A DNA stretch of 34,172 bases, taken from the NCBI RefSeq assembly GCF_001186125.1, contig NW_014040315.1, forward strand, positions 26,658 to 60,829, in the 5' to 3' direction. The position numbers and the translations under genes are program-made. The DNA comes from Sphaeroforma arctica JP610 (lineage: Eukaryota). The notes beneath the pieces are model-generated. The model did not search any database, was not told the origin of the DNA, and was given only the letters and a program-made list of their open reading frames with translations. Shown here one piece after another: positions 23,136-34,172 of this stretch; the first letter of the stretch is position 1; every line of letters starts with the position of its first letter.

Positions 23136-24806
23136 ATACCATCTTGACGGATTATAAGTATGGCTCCCCAATATCTGCAGCTGCGCCTGTATATGATTCT
23201 ACGTATGCGTATGTATATATATCTGGGCACATTCACTATCAAGAGAAGTGGCCTAATAACACTCGTAGACCACCGTACATGCGAACTTCACCGACATAAG
23301 CGGGACATACAATACACAAGGGATAATTCCATACACCTTCAATATATTATGTATAATTATGATTCGTTGCCTTCTCGTCAATTTTTTTTCTTCTCATAAA
23401 CGCCTGTATATGTACTCTTACACTCTTCGCGTGTCGTGGCTCTCAATAGGTGGGCTATTTGGCTCATCCATGACCACAGCAAACACGGGACTAGGTGGCT
23501 TTGGACAATCAAGTAAGGGCTTCGCTCGTACGTGATTCAATGCGCCAGTTATTATTATTTCTTAGCGATAGTGGCATTGCCATCCTATTGTTGCAACCTT
23601 ATTCCACTGCTGTCATGATATGTCTTGTCTGAGATATGGCCACATGCTTCTGCTGTCTGTGCGCGTCCAAACAATCACTTTGTTCAGTTGTGTGCTCGTG
23701 GTTGTTTGTCTGTGTATGCGCCGTAGTATAAGCGGCCTTTTAGTGTTCTTTATTTCCTATTTCGAGCTCGTATCCGTGGATCCAGGCCTCTATTGACCAT
23801 TGTAGGCTAGTTTTATCCAGGTTGATTTGTTTGGCTTGCCACATACTTTATTTCTGGATCATCTCTACTTATACCTCCTTGATGTGTTTCATCCCTTATT
23901 TGTATACTGTAGCAACGAACACTACCGCGCCATCCGCCACAGGATTCGCCGGCTTTGGCGCTGGTATGTTTCTCTGACAATCAGACATGCAATTTGTGGC
24001 TGTGGTTGTTTTGCTGCCATCTCTGAACATCAACAATGATTTACGGAAAACATAGCAACCGGTTTGATGTCGTATGCTAATATCATTGGACCGTCAATTG
24101 AGGACGATACGTATTTGTTGCTGTACGCTGTTGGTGGATCAATTATACAAGTAACGACTGTTGTTCAGTGTAGTCATTGCGGTGCCTAATTACTACTACC
24201 ATGATATTCTAGATATCACGGCACTGTTTCGTAAATATTATATTACGTCAAGGTATTGCCACATCGCCTCGCATATGACTATACTCAGCCGTTAAACTAG
24301 TATTCAGCACCCATCAGTATATAGACTAACATACAACACACATTCATTCATGTATCTTTTCACCACCATCTGCATTCCATCTATTGATACCTTTACACAT
24401 GTATGTACTCGTTCTTCCTTATTTCCATTCACCATTCTACTGAATGTTCTATAAATAGCTTCCAAACCAGCTGCGACACCTAGCACAGCGACCTTCTCAG
24501 GCTTCACTTCAAGTGAGTATATACTTCCGGCTATGTACATTAGTATTTGCTCTCTGACTGTGCATATTCGTATAGACGCCCACGCTGTGTACACAAGCGT
24601 ATGAGTTTTGCAAATCCTTCATCATTATTTGAGCTAGTATAAATGTGGTTAACCCCAATCTGAGATTTGGTTGCAAACGGTTCAATACTGCGGTAAACGC
24701 GGATGTGAGCGGTGTAGCCCAACTCCCCACGGGCGATGGCATCCGCCATAGTACCATGAGTAACTCTGGAGTAAGCAACCAATTTATTATCTCTCCCACA
24801 CACACA

Positions 24807-24843
<37 letters not shown>

Positions 24844-24882
24844 ATAGATGTATATAGATGTATATAGATGTATATATGTATA

Positions 24883-24923
<41 letters not shown>

Positions 24924-27308
24924 TTCATATATATANNNNNNNNNNNNNNNNNNNNNNNNNNNNNNNNNNNNNNNNNNNNNNNNNNNNNNNNNNNNNNNNN
25001 NNNNNNNNNNNNNNNNNNNNNNNNNNNNNNNNNNNNNNNNNNNNNNNNNNNNNNNNNNNNNNNNNNNNNNNNNNNNNNNNNNNNNNNNNNNNNNNNNNNN
25101 NNNNNNNNNNNNNNNNNNNNNNNNNNNNNNNNNNNNNNNNNNNNNNNNNNNNNNNNNNNNNNNNNNNNNNNNNNNNNNNNNNNNNNNNNNNNNNNNNNNN
25201 NNNNNNNNNNNNNNNNNNNNNNNNNNNNNNNNNNNNNNNNNNNNNNNNNNNNNNNNNNNNNNNNNNNNNNNNNNNNNNNNNNNNNNNNNNNNNNNNNNNN
25301 NNNNNNNNNNNNNNNNNNNNNNNNNNNNNNNNNNNNNNNNNNNNNNNNNNNNNNNNNNNNNNNNNNNNNNNNNNNNNNNNNNNNNNNNNNNNNNNNNNNN
25401 NNNNNNNNNNNNNNNNNNNNNNNNNNNNNNNNNNNNNNNNNNNNNNNNNNNNNNNNNNNNNNNNNNNNNNNNNNNNNNNNNNNNNNNNNNNNNNNNNNNN
25501 NNNNNNNNNNNNNNNNNNNNNNNNNNNNNNNNNNNNNNNNNNNNNNNNNNNNNNNNNNNNNNNNNNNNNNNNNNNNNNNNNNNNNNNNNNNNNNNNNNNN
25601 NNNNNNNNNNNNNNNNNNNNNNNNNNNNNNNNNNNNNNNNNNNNNNNNNNNNNNNNNNNNNNNNNNNNNNNNNNNNNNNNNNNNNNNNNNNNNNNNNNNN
25701 NNNNNNNNNNNNNNNNNNNNNNNNTATATATATATATATATATAAATATTTATATATATTTATATATAAATATAAATGCTATATCTGTATACATTTCTTC
25801 TGAGTGGCTGTCAACCAATAGCAACGTGGTTGTAAGCTAATTCGGTACTCTTGATTTATCTTTTTCAATAGCGGTGAACATTACGTCTCCCTACGTACAC
25901 GTGCAGAACCAGCAACATATTCACTCACACTGTGGCCGAGTTGATTCTATTTACGCACTTACCACGCAGTATTTGCCTTCGTACTTGCACATACCACGCG
26001 AAGTCATGCATACGCTTTCTCCACACATTTATTTTGCTGTCTATTATTTCCTTCCTCATGTCTGTGATACTCAAGTTGCCCCGTTTTACTTATCACACCC
26101 ACACTACTATGACAGCGGCTCAACCGGCCAGCACCGGCGGCTTTTCAGGTTTCGGCAGCACAGGTGGGTGTGGTGATAGTAGTGATTGTGTGCCGTCTAA
26201 GTATCGTCGATAACATTGTCACTTGGCCTTTCATGCGAATGTATCTGTGTGTTAGGAATTGTTATGGACAAGTGGGACCTATCTGTGGTACATAGGATGT
26301 TGCGGCATCTATACATGGCTTACATCGTAGTGCTTTGGTGATCGCTGCAAGTGATTGTGTATCTTCTATGCCTTGTGGATATAGTGCTACATTGTTATTT
26401 ATCAGCGATTCTTTATCTAGTGGATAGTAGGTATAGTGTATAGTTAGCGATACCTGCCGGTGTTTCTGTATCATCTGTACAATATAGTCGTGGCGGTCCA
26501 TTGGTGATAATTGTACATTCTATTTATACTATCGTACGGTAGATTGTCCCCCGTGTGGTAAACATTTATTTGTGGTCGTAGGCTTCCGGGATATAGGATA
26601 CTTTGGGTCGGGTAGTTATATTTGGTCGCACTGGATGTGTATTGTTGTTGTACTGATATGGCACTCGAATGTCTGAACTTCTCTACCACCAAATAGCGAC
26701 TCAACCCGCCGCCTCTGGCTTTAGTGGATTCACAGGTATGTGACTAGCATCCCCACATACTTAACCTGTCTACTTCACTTGGCCCGATTTTTATTCATTC
26801 TGTTTATGTTGTTGACGTTCTGTCTTGCAAAACTGACTCTTTATGCATTCTATGCACCTAACTCGATTGAGTGCTTCAACACAAGGGATATACGATCGTA
26901 GTACAGTGTTTGCCCCTTTATTGTGATACAGTATACTTGCTTGTATCGTGGTTCTATATATTCACTTGTAGTATGGTATTATACTATATACTCACTTGTG
27001 GTATTATACTATATACTCACTTGTACCATGGTACTATATACGAACTTGCATCATGGTATCTCGGTATTTTTCAGCTTCCAAGCCAGCAGCTCCCGCCAGT
27101 CAGCCTTTTACGCTTAACACAAACAGTAGTAATACAACGGGGGGAGGATTTAGCTTTGGTAAGTAACCGGTATGTCGATACGGACCTTATATATATATAT
27201 ATATATATAAATGTATATATATATATATATATATACAGGTATGTATTAAAGTATGTATGTATGTCTGTATGTATGTATGTTTGTCTGTATGTCTGTATGT
27301 ATTTAGGG

Positions 27309-27354
<46 letters not shown>

Positions 27355-28027
27355 ATCGAGCTAGATGTATGTGTATGTGCGGACAGACCCTCATGTTGGC
27401 ATTAGCACATAATCATCAGAGCCTTTGTTACAACTATAAGTTACCTGTATTTTCAAGATGATGAACTTAGATTGTCGAACTGACTGCTAATTCCGAACAA
27501 ATTAATCTCAGTGCTCATATAATATAGCGTCGTCAAAATTGGCCACGTATTTCGAGCGAAGATATTTAGTTACAAAATAACCATTAGTTCGATGACATCT
27601 ATCACTTCAGCAATCTTGTACCCTATAGCGTTTGCCGTTTTATCGAACTTTACAATCCCTTCAATGGTATATCATGCGCGATTTCATAAAGAAGCCGTTT
27701 TGATTTTCGATTTGTATAGTTGTACACGTTCTGTGTTTGCTTGGATTCATGCTCAATACATTCATCGTTTTCTGACTTTTCACTGATAATCGTATCTTGT
27801 TCTAGACTGGCGACGTGTCTGACTTTTCATGTCCGCAACAGATTTTATTTTCTTTGTGTCATGTGCGCATGCTAGAGTATCCAATAGTATATACAAAATC
27901 GCAGAGAAACTCAACTTGGCTTTCCACGATCCTAATTCTCAATCCTAAAATCTACTTCACAGGGGCAACGTCAAGCAAGCGTGCAGGGGACTCGGATGGG
28001 AATCCACAGACACTGAAAAGAAGCTGA
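15701..28027 (+). CDS. NUP58: FG-repeat nucleoporin Nup58 (Nup49/NUPL1 family)
   Basis: Exons 15701-15704, 16518-16700, 17252-17365, 17878-17934, 18251-18382, [missing exon(s), probably in gap], 19670-19788, 20236-20452, 21208-21320, 21812-21921, 22141-22278, 22891-22944, 23450-23512, 23913-23963, 24459-24512, 26116-26163, 26697-26735, 27075-27158, 27963-28027. Starts MSGFSFG; FG repeats flank a coiled coil ([59 protein letters not shown]) that matches the Nup58 pattern. Confidence 0.85.
20569..20940. repeat. 36-bp intronic minisatellite, about 10 copies
   Basis: cacagccagtagtatatgagactctccttggtctta units in direct tandem, without spacers. Confidence 0.95.
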
Positions 28028-30557
28028 AAACAGTCCCGCTGACTACAGTGCATTCATAGACAAGTACAAATATATTTCTACCATCATATACATAGACGTA
28101 AATCGCCCTGATAATAATTAGTAAAAGTAAATGTCGATGCTGTCCATGAGAATAAAGTGAGCTGGATGACCGACGGAGACTAGGGCCGCTACTCAATATC
28201 ATACTATTCTTTCCCACAACGGTGTGGATATATATAGACGCAGGTGTTATATTTAATATGTTTCACTACTCAAAACAAGAACGCTCTCGTTGGTGTGCAT
28301 GATGTCTATATCTGGGGAAATCAATGGTCGTGCGTATATCAGCACCGCACAATTTTGTACTCAATTTTCACACACATAAGTTTGATGTCACCAAGATTCG
28401 TCAGCTGAATGCTACCGACCGAATGTCCTGAGTTTGTAAATACATTTTTTTTTTGGCGCATCAGCTCGATAATTGTCCCAGAATTTCGCAATCTTATTCA
28501 CGTTTAATGCTCCCACATTCGCTCACATGTCAAATATACGCTCAGCACATTGGAGGCGTCCGCAGACTGAATAAGAGCATAGCCTAGAAGACTTATGATT
28601 AGAAAACTAATTCCACTAAATAGTTATTGGTATGTAGATAGAATTTGGAATACCCACCATATCGTACTAATTCTATAAGCTCCCTTCCCTGTGTGTGTAT
28701 CATAAACAAAATATGAAACTGGCTGCACTCACACTATTCACATGCAGTCTGTGGCGTGCGCGGGCGCGCAACACTGCATACAACAGTCTGTAATTTACCT
28801 CTCGAACCCAAGCATTGCGCGTTTGGGCGCCGAATAAGCTTGGAGCTGTGCAAACTTCCAGTGACTCACCAGAGTTAAGTCTGATTTAAAACACAATTAC
28901 ATCAAAACAAAGCCAGCGACTAATCGATTTACGCCATAGATTGACTCTAGAGTTAGTTGAATACGCCACATATGATCACTCGCACGGTACGTCTATCGTC
29001 TACTGTAGATAGCGTATCGTGGTGCTCAGAATCAGCCCAAGTTGGTTTGAGCTTTCAGCAGCTCATTCGAATGCACAAAGGATCATCCGTATGGGTTTAA
29101 GTATATGGTGAGATATCGAAAATAGACGACGATGACTCTCTATATGTAAATAATACAGACACCGAATCCGATGTGGGCTCCGATCCAAACGATGATATCT
29201 GGGATAGTCTAGAAGGTTTGTAGCTTGATGAAGGCGAAGATGCCATTCGAAAGCGAGAACCAGACGGTAGAGATTGAAAAAGATCAAACTAAACAGGACA
29301 GATTGACGGCATTCTTGACTACCATGCAAAGTGCAGTACGAAACTCACCCATACAAAGTATAATACAAATTTCACCCATACAAGTATATCACAGAACTCA
29401 CCGACAGAGACGGCAACCGCAGAGTCTGTAAATTTGGAACAATCGATAAAGCACTACAGCATCTAGAGGCAAATAAATAGTTAAATACATGGGCATTTTA
29501 TAAACATAGCTCAGGAAAGCTCTATTGACTGACTTTTGGTCGAGTGTTGAAGGATGTTTAGGGTTTTAGGGCCTAGGGATTAGTAAATTCTCTCTCTCTA
29601 GCATAGCCTTCTGCTACATATGTATGTGCCTACGCCGCCCTACGAGGCTACAAGATTACGAGTCTATGTCAATGATTATTTAAAGCGGACAAGTGTTAAA
29701 TTTTGGATTTCTTTCATGGCCCTCTGGATTCAGGATTTGGGTCCCGACTCTCGAGTAGAAAGAAATCACTAATCAGGTTCCTTCCGCGACGACATCGTAA
29801 ATATAGCACAATCTTAGGCCCAGTCTTAACGGGTTCGGACTGCGTTCGGATTTTAAGTTCGGATTTCTACACCAATAGGTATAGGGTAATTTTAAAATTT
29901 CAAGGAAAAGCCAAAAAATATCCGAACGAGGTCAATCTTTCGAAGGCAAAAATACCCCTCGAGAAGTTTTACGTTCGGATCGGATAACGGGATTCGGAAA
30001 ATTTTCTACGTAAACTCGCTTTTGCGGTTAATATACGTACTGGAATCTAGGAAATGTGTTCTTCACAAGCTTTGTGATTGGCCAGGACTTGATTAATAAA
30101 AGCTACTACATTTCTCGAGACAAACTCGCACAGTCTATAATTAACTATTAACAAATACCCGCATACATATGTAACAGTATTACATACGCGCAGTACATAC
30201 ATATTACTAGAAGCACCATAACGAAAATATCAATGAACAATACGTGCGAGGGCGATAGTGTCTACTTTGACAGGACTGGCAACACATATCGACAAAACAT
30301 GACATCACAAAAAAAAAGTCGATTCACCTATGAATCATAGGAATGTCAATAATATACCTAATTATTCTAATAACTCATACGGACAAGACATAAATGGATT
30401 CCATGATACTTTTAATACATACGTTACTGATAAGTATGATGAGAACTCATGCAATCCGATAAGTCATCCAGTCGTGGAGACATTCGTTACGATCATTCCA
30501 TACCATTTTCACAAGATTCGCGATCTTCATCAATGGGGTGATATCAGCTTGCAGCAA

Positions 30558-31571
30558 CTGTGTAATAAGCCGGGCCTCCACATTAGACTCTATGCTATAA
30601 ACGTACTCTTAAGCAGTACACAAATTCCTAAACGTACTCTTAAGCAGTACACAAATTCCCAAACGTACTCTTTATAGTACAAGGAACTCAAGTTTCCTAA
30701 ATGTGCTCTTAATAGCACGAGGAACATGTTTCCTAAAATGGGTTTTAATGGTTTTATTAATTAAACCTTTTCCATTTAACATATTAGAACTTTGGATGAG
30801 GCCATTAAAAGGCCTCAGTAAAATACCAAACATAAAAGAGTTGGTCTAGTTCTATTAATAGAACTTCATTTACTTTCCAATTTTATTTATATCTGAATAC
30901 TTCGGTAGCGAGATGGCTCAACCGAATATAGGTTTCTAGGGACTATTAACGTTACCGAGTTGATCTTCCGATAAGCCAACCAGATGTGCCGGTCTGATGA
31001 AGGCTAAGTCGGTAATTCTTGATAGGGATTATATTATTTTTTTCAAAAATGGCAAGTATGTATGATACAATGTATGAACATATGGTATGGCTCTCATAGT
31101 CTCTGTAGTGGTTCAGGAACGATTGATGGGAAGAAGTCTTGATAGAGGCAAATTATTGGTTCAGACAATAACTAAGGACGTCAAGAGTATTTTTCTTTTT
31201 TATTTCTATGTTTCTAAAGATAGGATTTTATGAGTCTCTCGGATTCGCCCCAGAATAGAGCGACAACGAAACACTAAATAAAATCCCTTCGGCGGAAACA
31301 GTACTGAGTGGATTATATGTAGGCAATGTCTCAGCCTCACAATCCCCCTCAGAGCATTGCTGTTTTCACGAGGCAAACCTAACTTTATTAAACGTCTCAT
31401 TTCATTTATTTATATCGATATGTACACGATACTTATAATTTACCTACGCGTTTATTTATTCGAAGGCATTAGTATCGCCTTTATTAGACCGAATCTTACC
31501 CATTTTAAAGTTAACAAAAGTATTAATTACTTAGACTACTTAAGCGTAAATGTAGGTTAATTTCCACAACA
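30558..31571 (+). mobile_element. LTR-like long repeat, left copy
   Basis: TGTAAT start near 30561 and a possible ACA end at 31571 just before the gag-like ATG; internal 31-38-bp tandem units. 30558-31499 matches the reverse complement of 33374-34172. Confidence 0.65.
31017..31145 (-). mobile_element. 111-bp insertion with 9-bp target-site duplication
   Basis: TCTTGATAG at 31017-31025 and 31137-31145; the inverted partner repeat has one copy and no insert (empty site). Confidence 0.8.
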
Positions 31572-31632
31572 TTTTTTTTCTCTTGTCCACGCTAGTCGTT
31601 AATAGACAAGCTAGTAGTCATAGGTTAAAATT

Positions 31633-33373
31633 ATGACCAATAAAGACAACACTCTTTCTAAGAAGCGTAGGGCTGAAAATAAGAAAACGGAGAGAGAAGC
31701 AGCTAGCGTTGCCGCAGCTACTGCTGCTGCAGAAGCAACCGCCGCCGCTGCTGATGCATTTAATTGCACTGTAGCCAAAGTACTTGCCTCTGACAATAAT
31801 AGTCAAAAGGACAATGCTTCAGATAAGGATATAGCCACTTCGTTTAAGGAGACTACTCCCACTGACAGAGCCCGAAGGCTAACTAATGCCTCAACTTCAA
31901 AGCTTTCATTTACGAAGCCAAGAAGTGAGACAAGGGATACGTCTCAAGACGCCCCAACCATTTCCCCAATTATAGGGGCGTTCCAATCTCAGAAGGAACC
32001 TATAATGAAACCAAAAGAGGAGTCCCAATCTCAGAAGGAACCTATAATGAAACCAAAAGAGGAGTCAAGCTCAAGTAGCAAACCCGAATCTACGTCCGAG
32101 AATACTAAGCCAGCGCGCATAAGTGAGTTAATTACTAAAAACGCTTATCTGAAGAAACAGTTAGCGATTATTATGAAAGAACATGTAGATTAAGTTAGAT
32201 CAGGAAAACATACACAGCACTTACGCAAACATATTTCCCCTGGCATTACTGAAGCCCTACAGAAGTGGACAGATTGTCGACAGACAATTACGCCCAAAGA
32301 CTCAAGCTCTACACCTGAGGCATATGATACAGACGTGCTCAGCTTCACTATACCTTATAAGGCACTACCTCCAGAAGTTCAGGCTAATTACTCACCTGTT
32401 CTGACACCCGGCCGTGAGTCACCCGTTCTCGAGGGTATTATAGACCCAGAGGTAAGGAGATATACTCCGCCACTTGTACCAAATTGGGAAGAGAATCGTC
32501 GGAAACCAGTTAAGACTGGGTATGTTATTCCGACGCAGCACCGAAAGGCCTCTACCGTGGATTTTACAAGGGGTAATAAACACCCCCGTAGACGTATGAA
32601 CGATGTCTAGTTTAATCGCTTCGACCGCACAGCTTTACATCAACACGACTGTACCAATAAAATGGAAGTCGCCCATGCTGCGCACCATGCTGATAACGTA
32701 GCATATTATGCAAATATTATTGCAATCAAGCAAAAGCGCACAGACCAATTACTTCAGGCCCAATGTGAACAAAATCACAGGGACAACCAGAAGTACAAGG
32801 GACAGATCAGTCGACTTAAGTCAAACTGGGATGCCAACAGCAAGCAGGTCGAGTTTATAAACAACCATGACCTCGACACGCTAACCCGTACGCTTAATGC
32901 GTTTACGGTCATGCTGGAGACAAATGATATCGCTCCCCAGCAATGGATCTCTGCCTTAATGTATCTGATCCTGTAGCGACACCAGCATGAGCTAGACACT
33001 TGTCGTGACTGGCCAGCTGTGTGTTGACTGATCACATCCTTGCTAAGTAAAGATGTGCGTAGCCCTGGGCTGAGTTCAATTTTAAATGAACCAGCTGAGA
33101 ACGCACCCATTCAGAGTTGTATTTTATAGTTAGGCGCTGACCTGAAACGTGCCGATATAACCAAGGACAAGGCACAGCAATGGTACGAATTCCTGGTTTT
33201 GCACGTGTTCTGTAAGAACATCTGGAATAACGACCGTGAGAGTCTGTACAACAAGTTGCGACGTAAACACGTGACTGATGCTCGTGACAAGGGGCATGAA
33301 ACAAAGTTTTACCTATCCCGACTTACATGGGAACAGTTTTATGATACTGTATTCACTCTTTTTCCCACACATT
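31633..33373 (+). pseudogene. Decayed gag-like retroelement ORF, 3'-truncated
   Basis: ORFs at 31633, 32335, 32662 and 33199 share one frame, broken by five stops (32191, 32608, 32974, 33025, 33127). Low-complexity N-terminus with a 14-aa duplication; FTVMLETNDIAPQQWISAL and LTWEQFYDTVFTLFP resemble Gag capsid motifs. No pol. Confidence 0.55.
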
Positions 33374-34172
33374 GTACGATTCGGTCTAATAAAGGCGATA
33401 CCAAAGCCTTACAATAAATAAACGCGTAGATAAAATCTATATCGTGTAAATTTCGATATAAATAAACGAAATGGGACGTTTAATAAAGTTAAGTTTGCCT
33501 CGTGAAAACAGCAATACTCTGAGGGATTATGAGGCTGAGACATTGCCTATGTATAATCCTCTCAGTACAGTGTTTCGTTGTCGCTCTATTCTTGGGCGAA
33601 TCCGAGAGACTCATAAAATCATATCTTTAGAAAAATAGAAATAAAAACAAAAATACTCTTGACGTCTTTAGTTATAGTCTTAACCAATAACTTGCCACTA
33701 TCAAGAATTACCTATTTAGCCTTCATCAGACTGGCACATTCGGTTGGCTTATCAGAGGATCAACTAGGTAACGTTTATAGTCCCTAGAAACTTATATTTG
33801 GTTGAGCCATCTCGCTACCGAAGTATTCAGATATAAATAAAATTGGAAAGTAAATAAAATTCTATTAATAGAACTAGACCAACTCTTTTATGTTTGGTAT
33901 TTTACTGAGGCCTTTTAATGGCCTCATCCAAATTTCTGATATGTTAAATGGAAAAGGTTTAATAAATAAAAACATTAAAACCCATTTTAGGAAACTTAAG
34001 TTCTTCGTGCTATTAAGAGCACATTTAGGAGACTTAAGTTCCTCGTACTATTAAGAGTACATTTAGGAAACTTAAGTGCCTCGTACTATTAAGAGTACGT
34101 TTATAGTTTGCGTACTGCTTAAGTGTACGTTTATACATAGAGTCTAATGTGGAGGCCCGGCTTATTACACAG
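33374..34172 (-). mobile_element. LTR-like long repeat, inverted right copy
   Basis: Reverse complement aligns with 30558-31499 with scattered substitutions and indels; runs to the window edge. Confidence 0.7.

Noticed and set aside
16021..25840. Long X-rich and YIYI ORFs
   Set aside because: Artefacts of N gaps (16043-16260, 19043-19504, 21557-21642, 24936-25724) and TA microsatellites.
28800..29480. Possible decayed ORF (acidic segment, chromodomain-like words)
   Set aside because: Multiple stops and no consistent motif; no assignment can be supported.
29557..29583. Telomere-like TTTAGGG repeats (also near 3143-3163 and 259-271)
   Set aside because: Only two to four degenerate units each; too short to indicate a telomere or healing event.
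29602..29613. GCATAGCCTTCT is the reverse complement of 1041-1052 at the island edge
   Set aside because: The 12-bp match does not extend and is expected by chance in a window this size.
30985..31275. Hammerhead-ribozyme-like words (CTGATGAAGGC; ATGAGTC...CGAAAC)
   Set aside because: No complete CUGAUGA-stem-GAAA core with pairing stems in either arm.
32191..33129. Five in-frame stops without frameshifts as a sign of recoding or RIP-like C-to-T mutation
   Set aside because: Neighbouring genes end in standard stops, and any stop codon is one C-to-T change from a sense codon, so the pattern is uninformative without a consensus.

Overview
Eukaryotic draft-assembly DNA from an intron-rich organism: GT-AG introns, TA microsatellites and four N gaps. 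Its style resembles a unicellular holozoan such as an ichthyosporean, but the sequence alone cannot establish this. The host genes are a TAF1B/Rrn7-like zinc-ribbon first exon (minus), a probable MAPEG-family membrane protein (plus), a hypothetical multi-exon gene (minus), a membrane-anchored two-domain cystatin (minus) and a well-supported NUP58 FG-nucleoporin (plus, 15701-28027). About 1053-6150 is an intronless, virus-like island. It carries two peptidase S74 (fibre chaperone) domains, one fused to a polysaccharide-lyase-like domain, a frameshifted F-box/LRR gene bracketed by direct repeats, and a frameshifted C2H2-repeat/zf-3CxxC gene. Three island genes share a TATAA-GTCGA upstream motif. 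No viral hallmark gene (capsid, polymerase, packaging ATPase, integrase) is visible. The right end holds a decayed gag-like reading frame between two long, diverged, inverted LTR-like repeats. All family assignments are by-eye motif recognition, and all exon models are manual.
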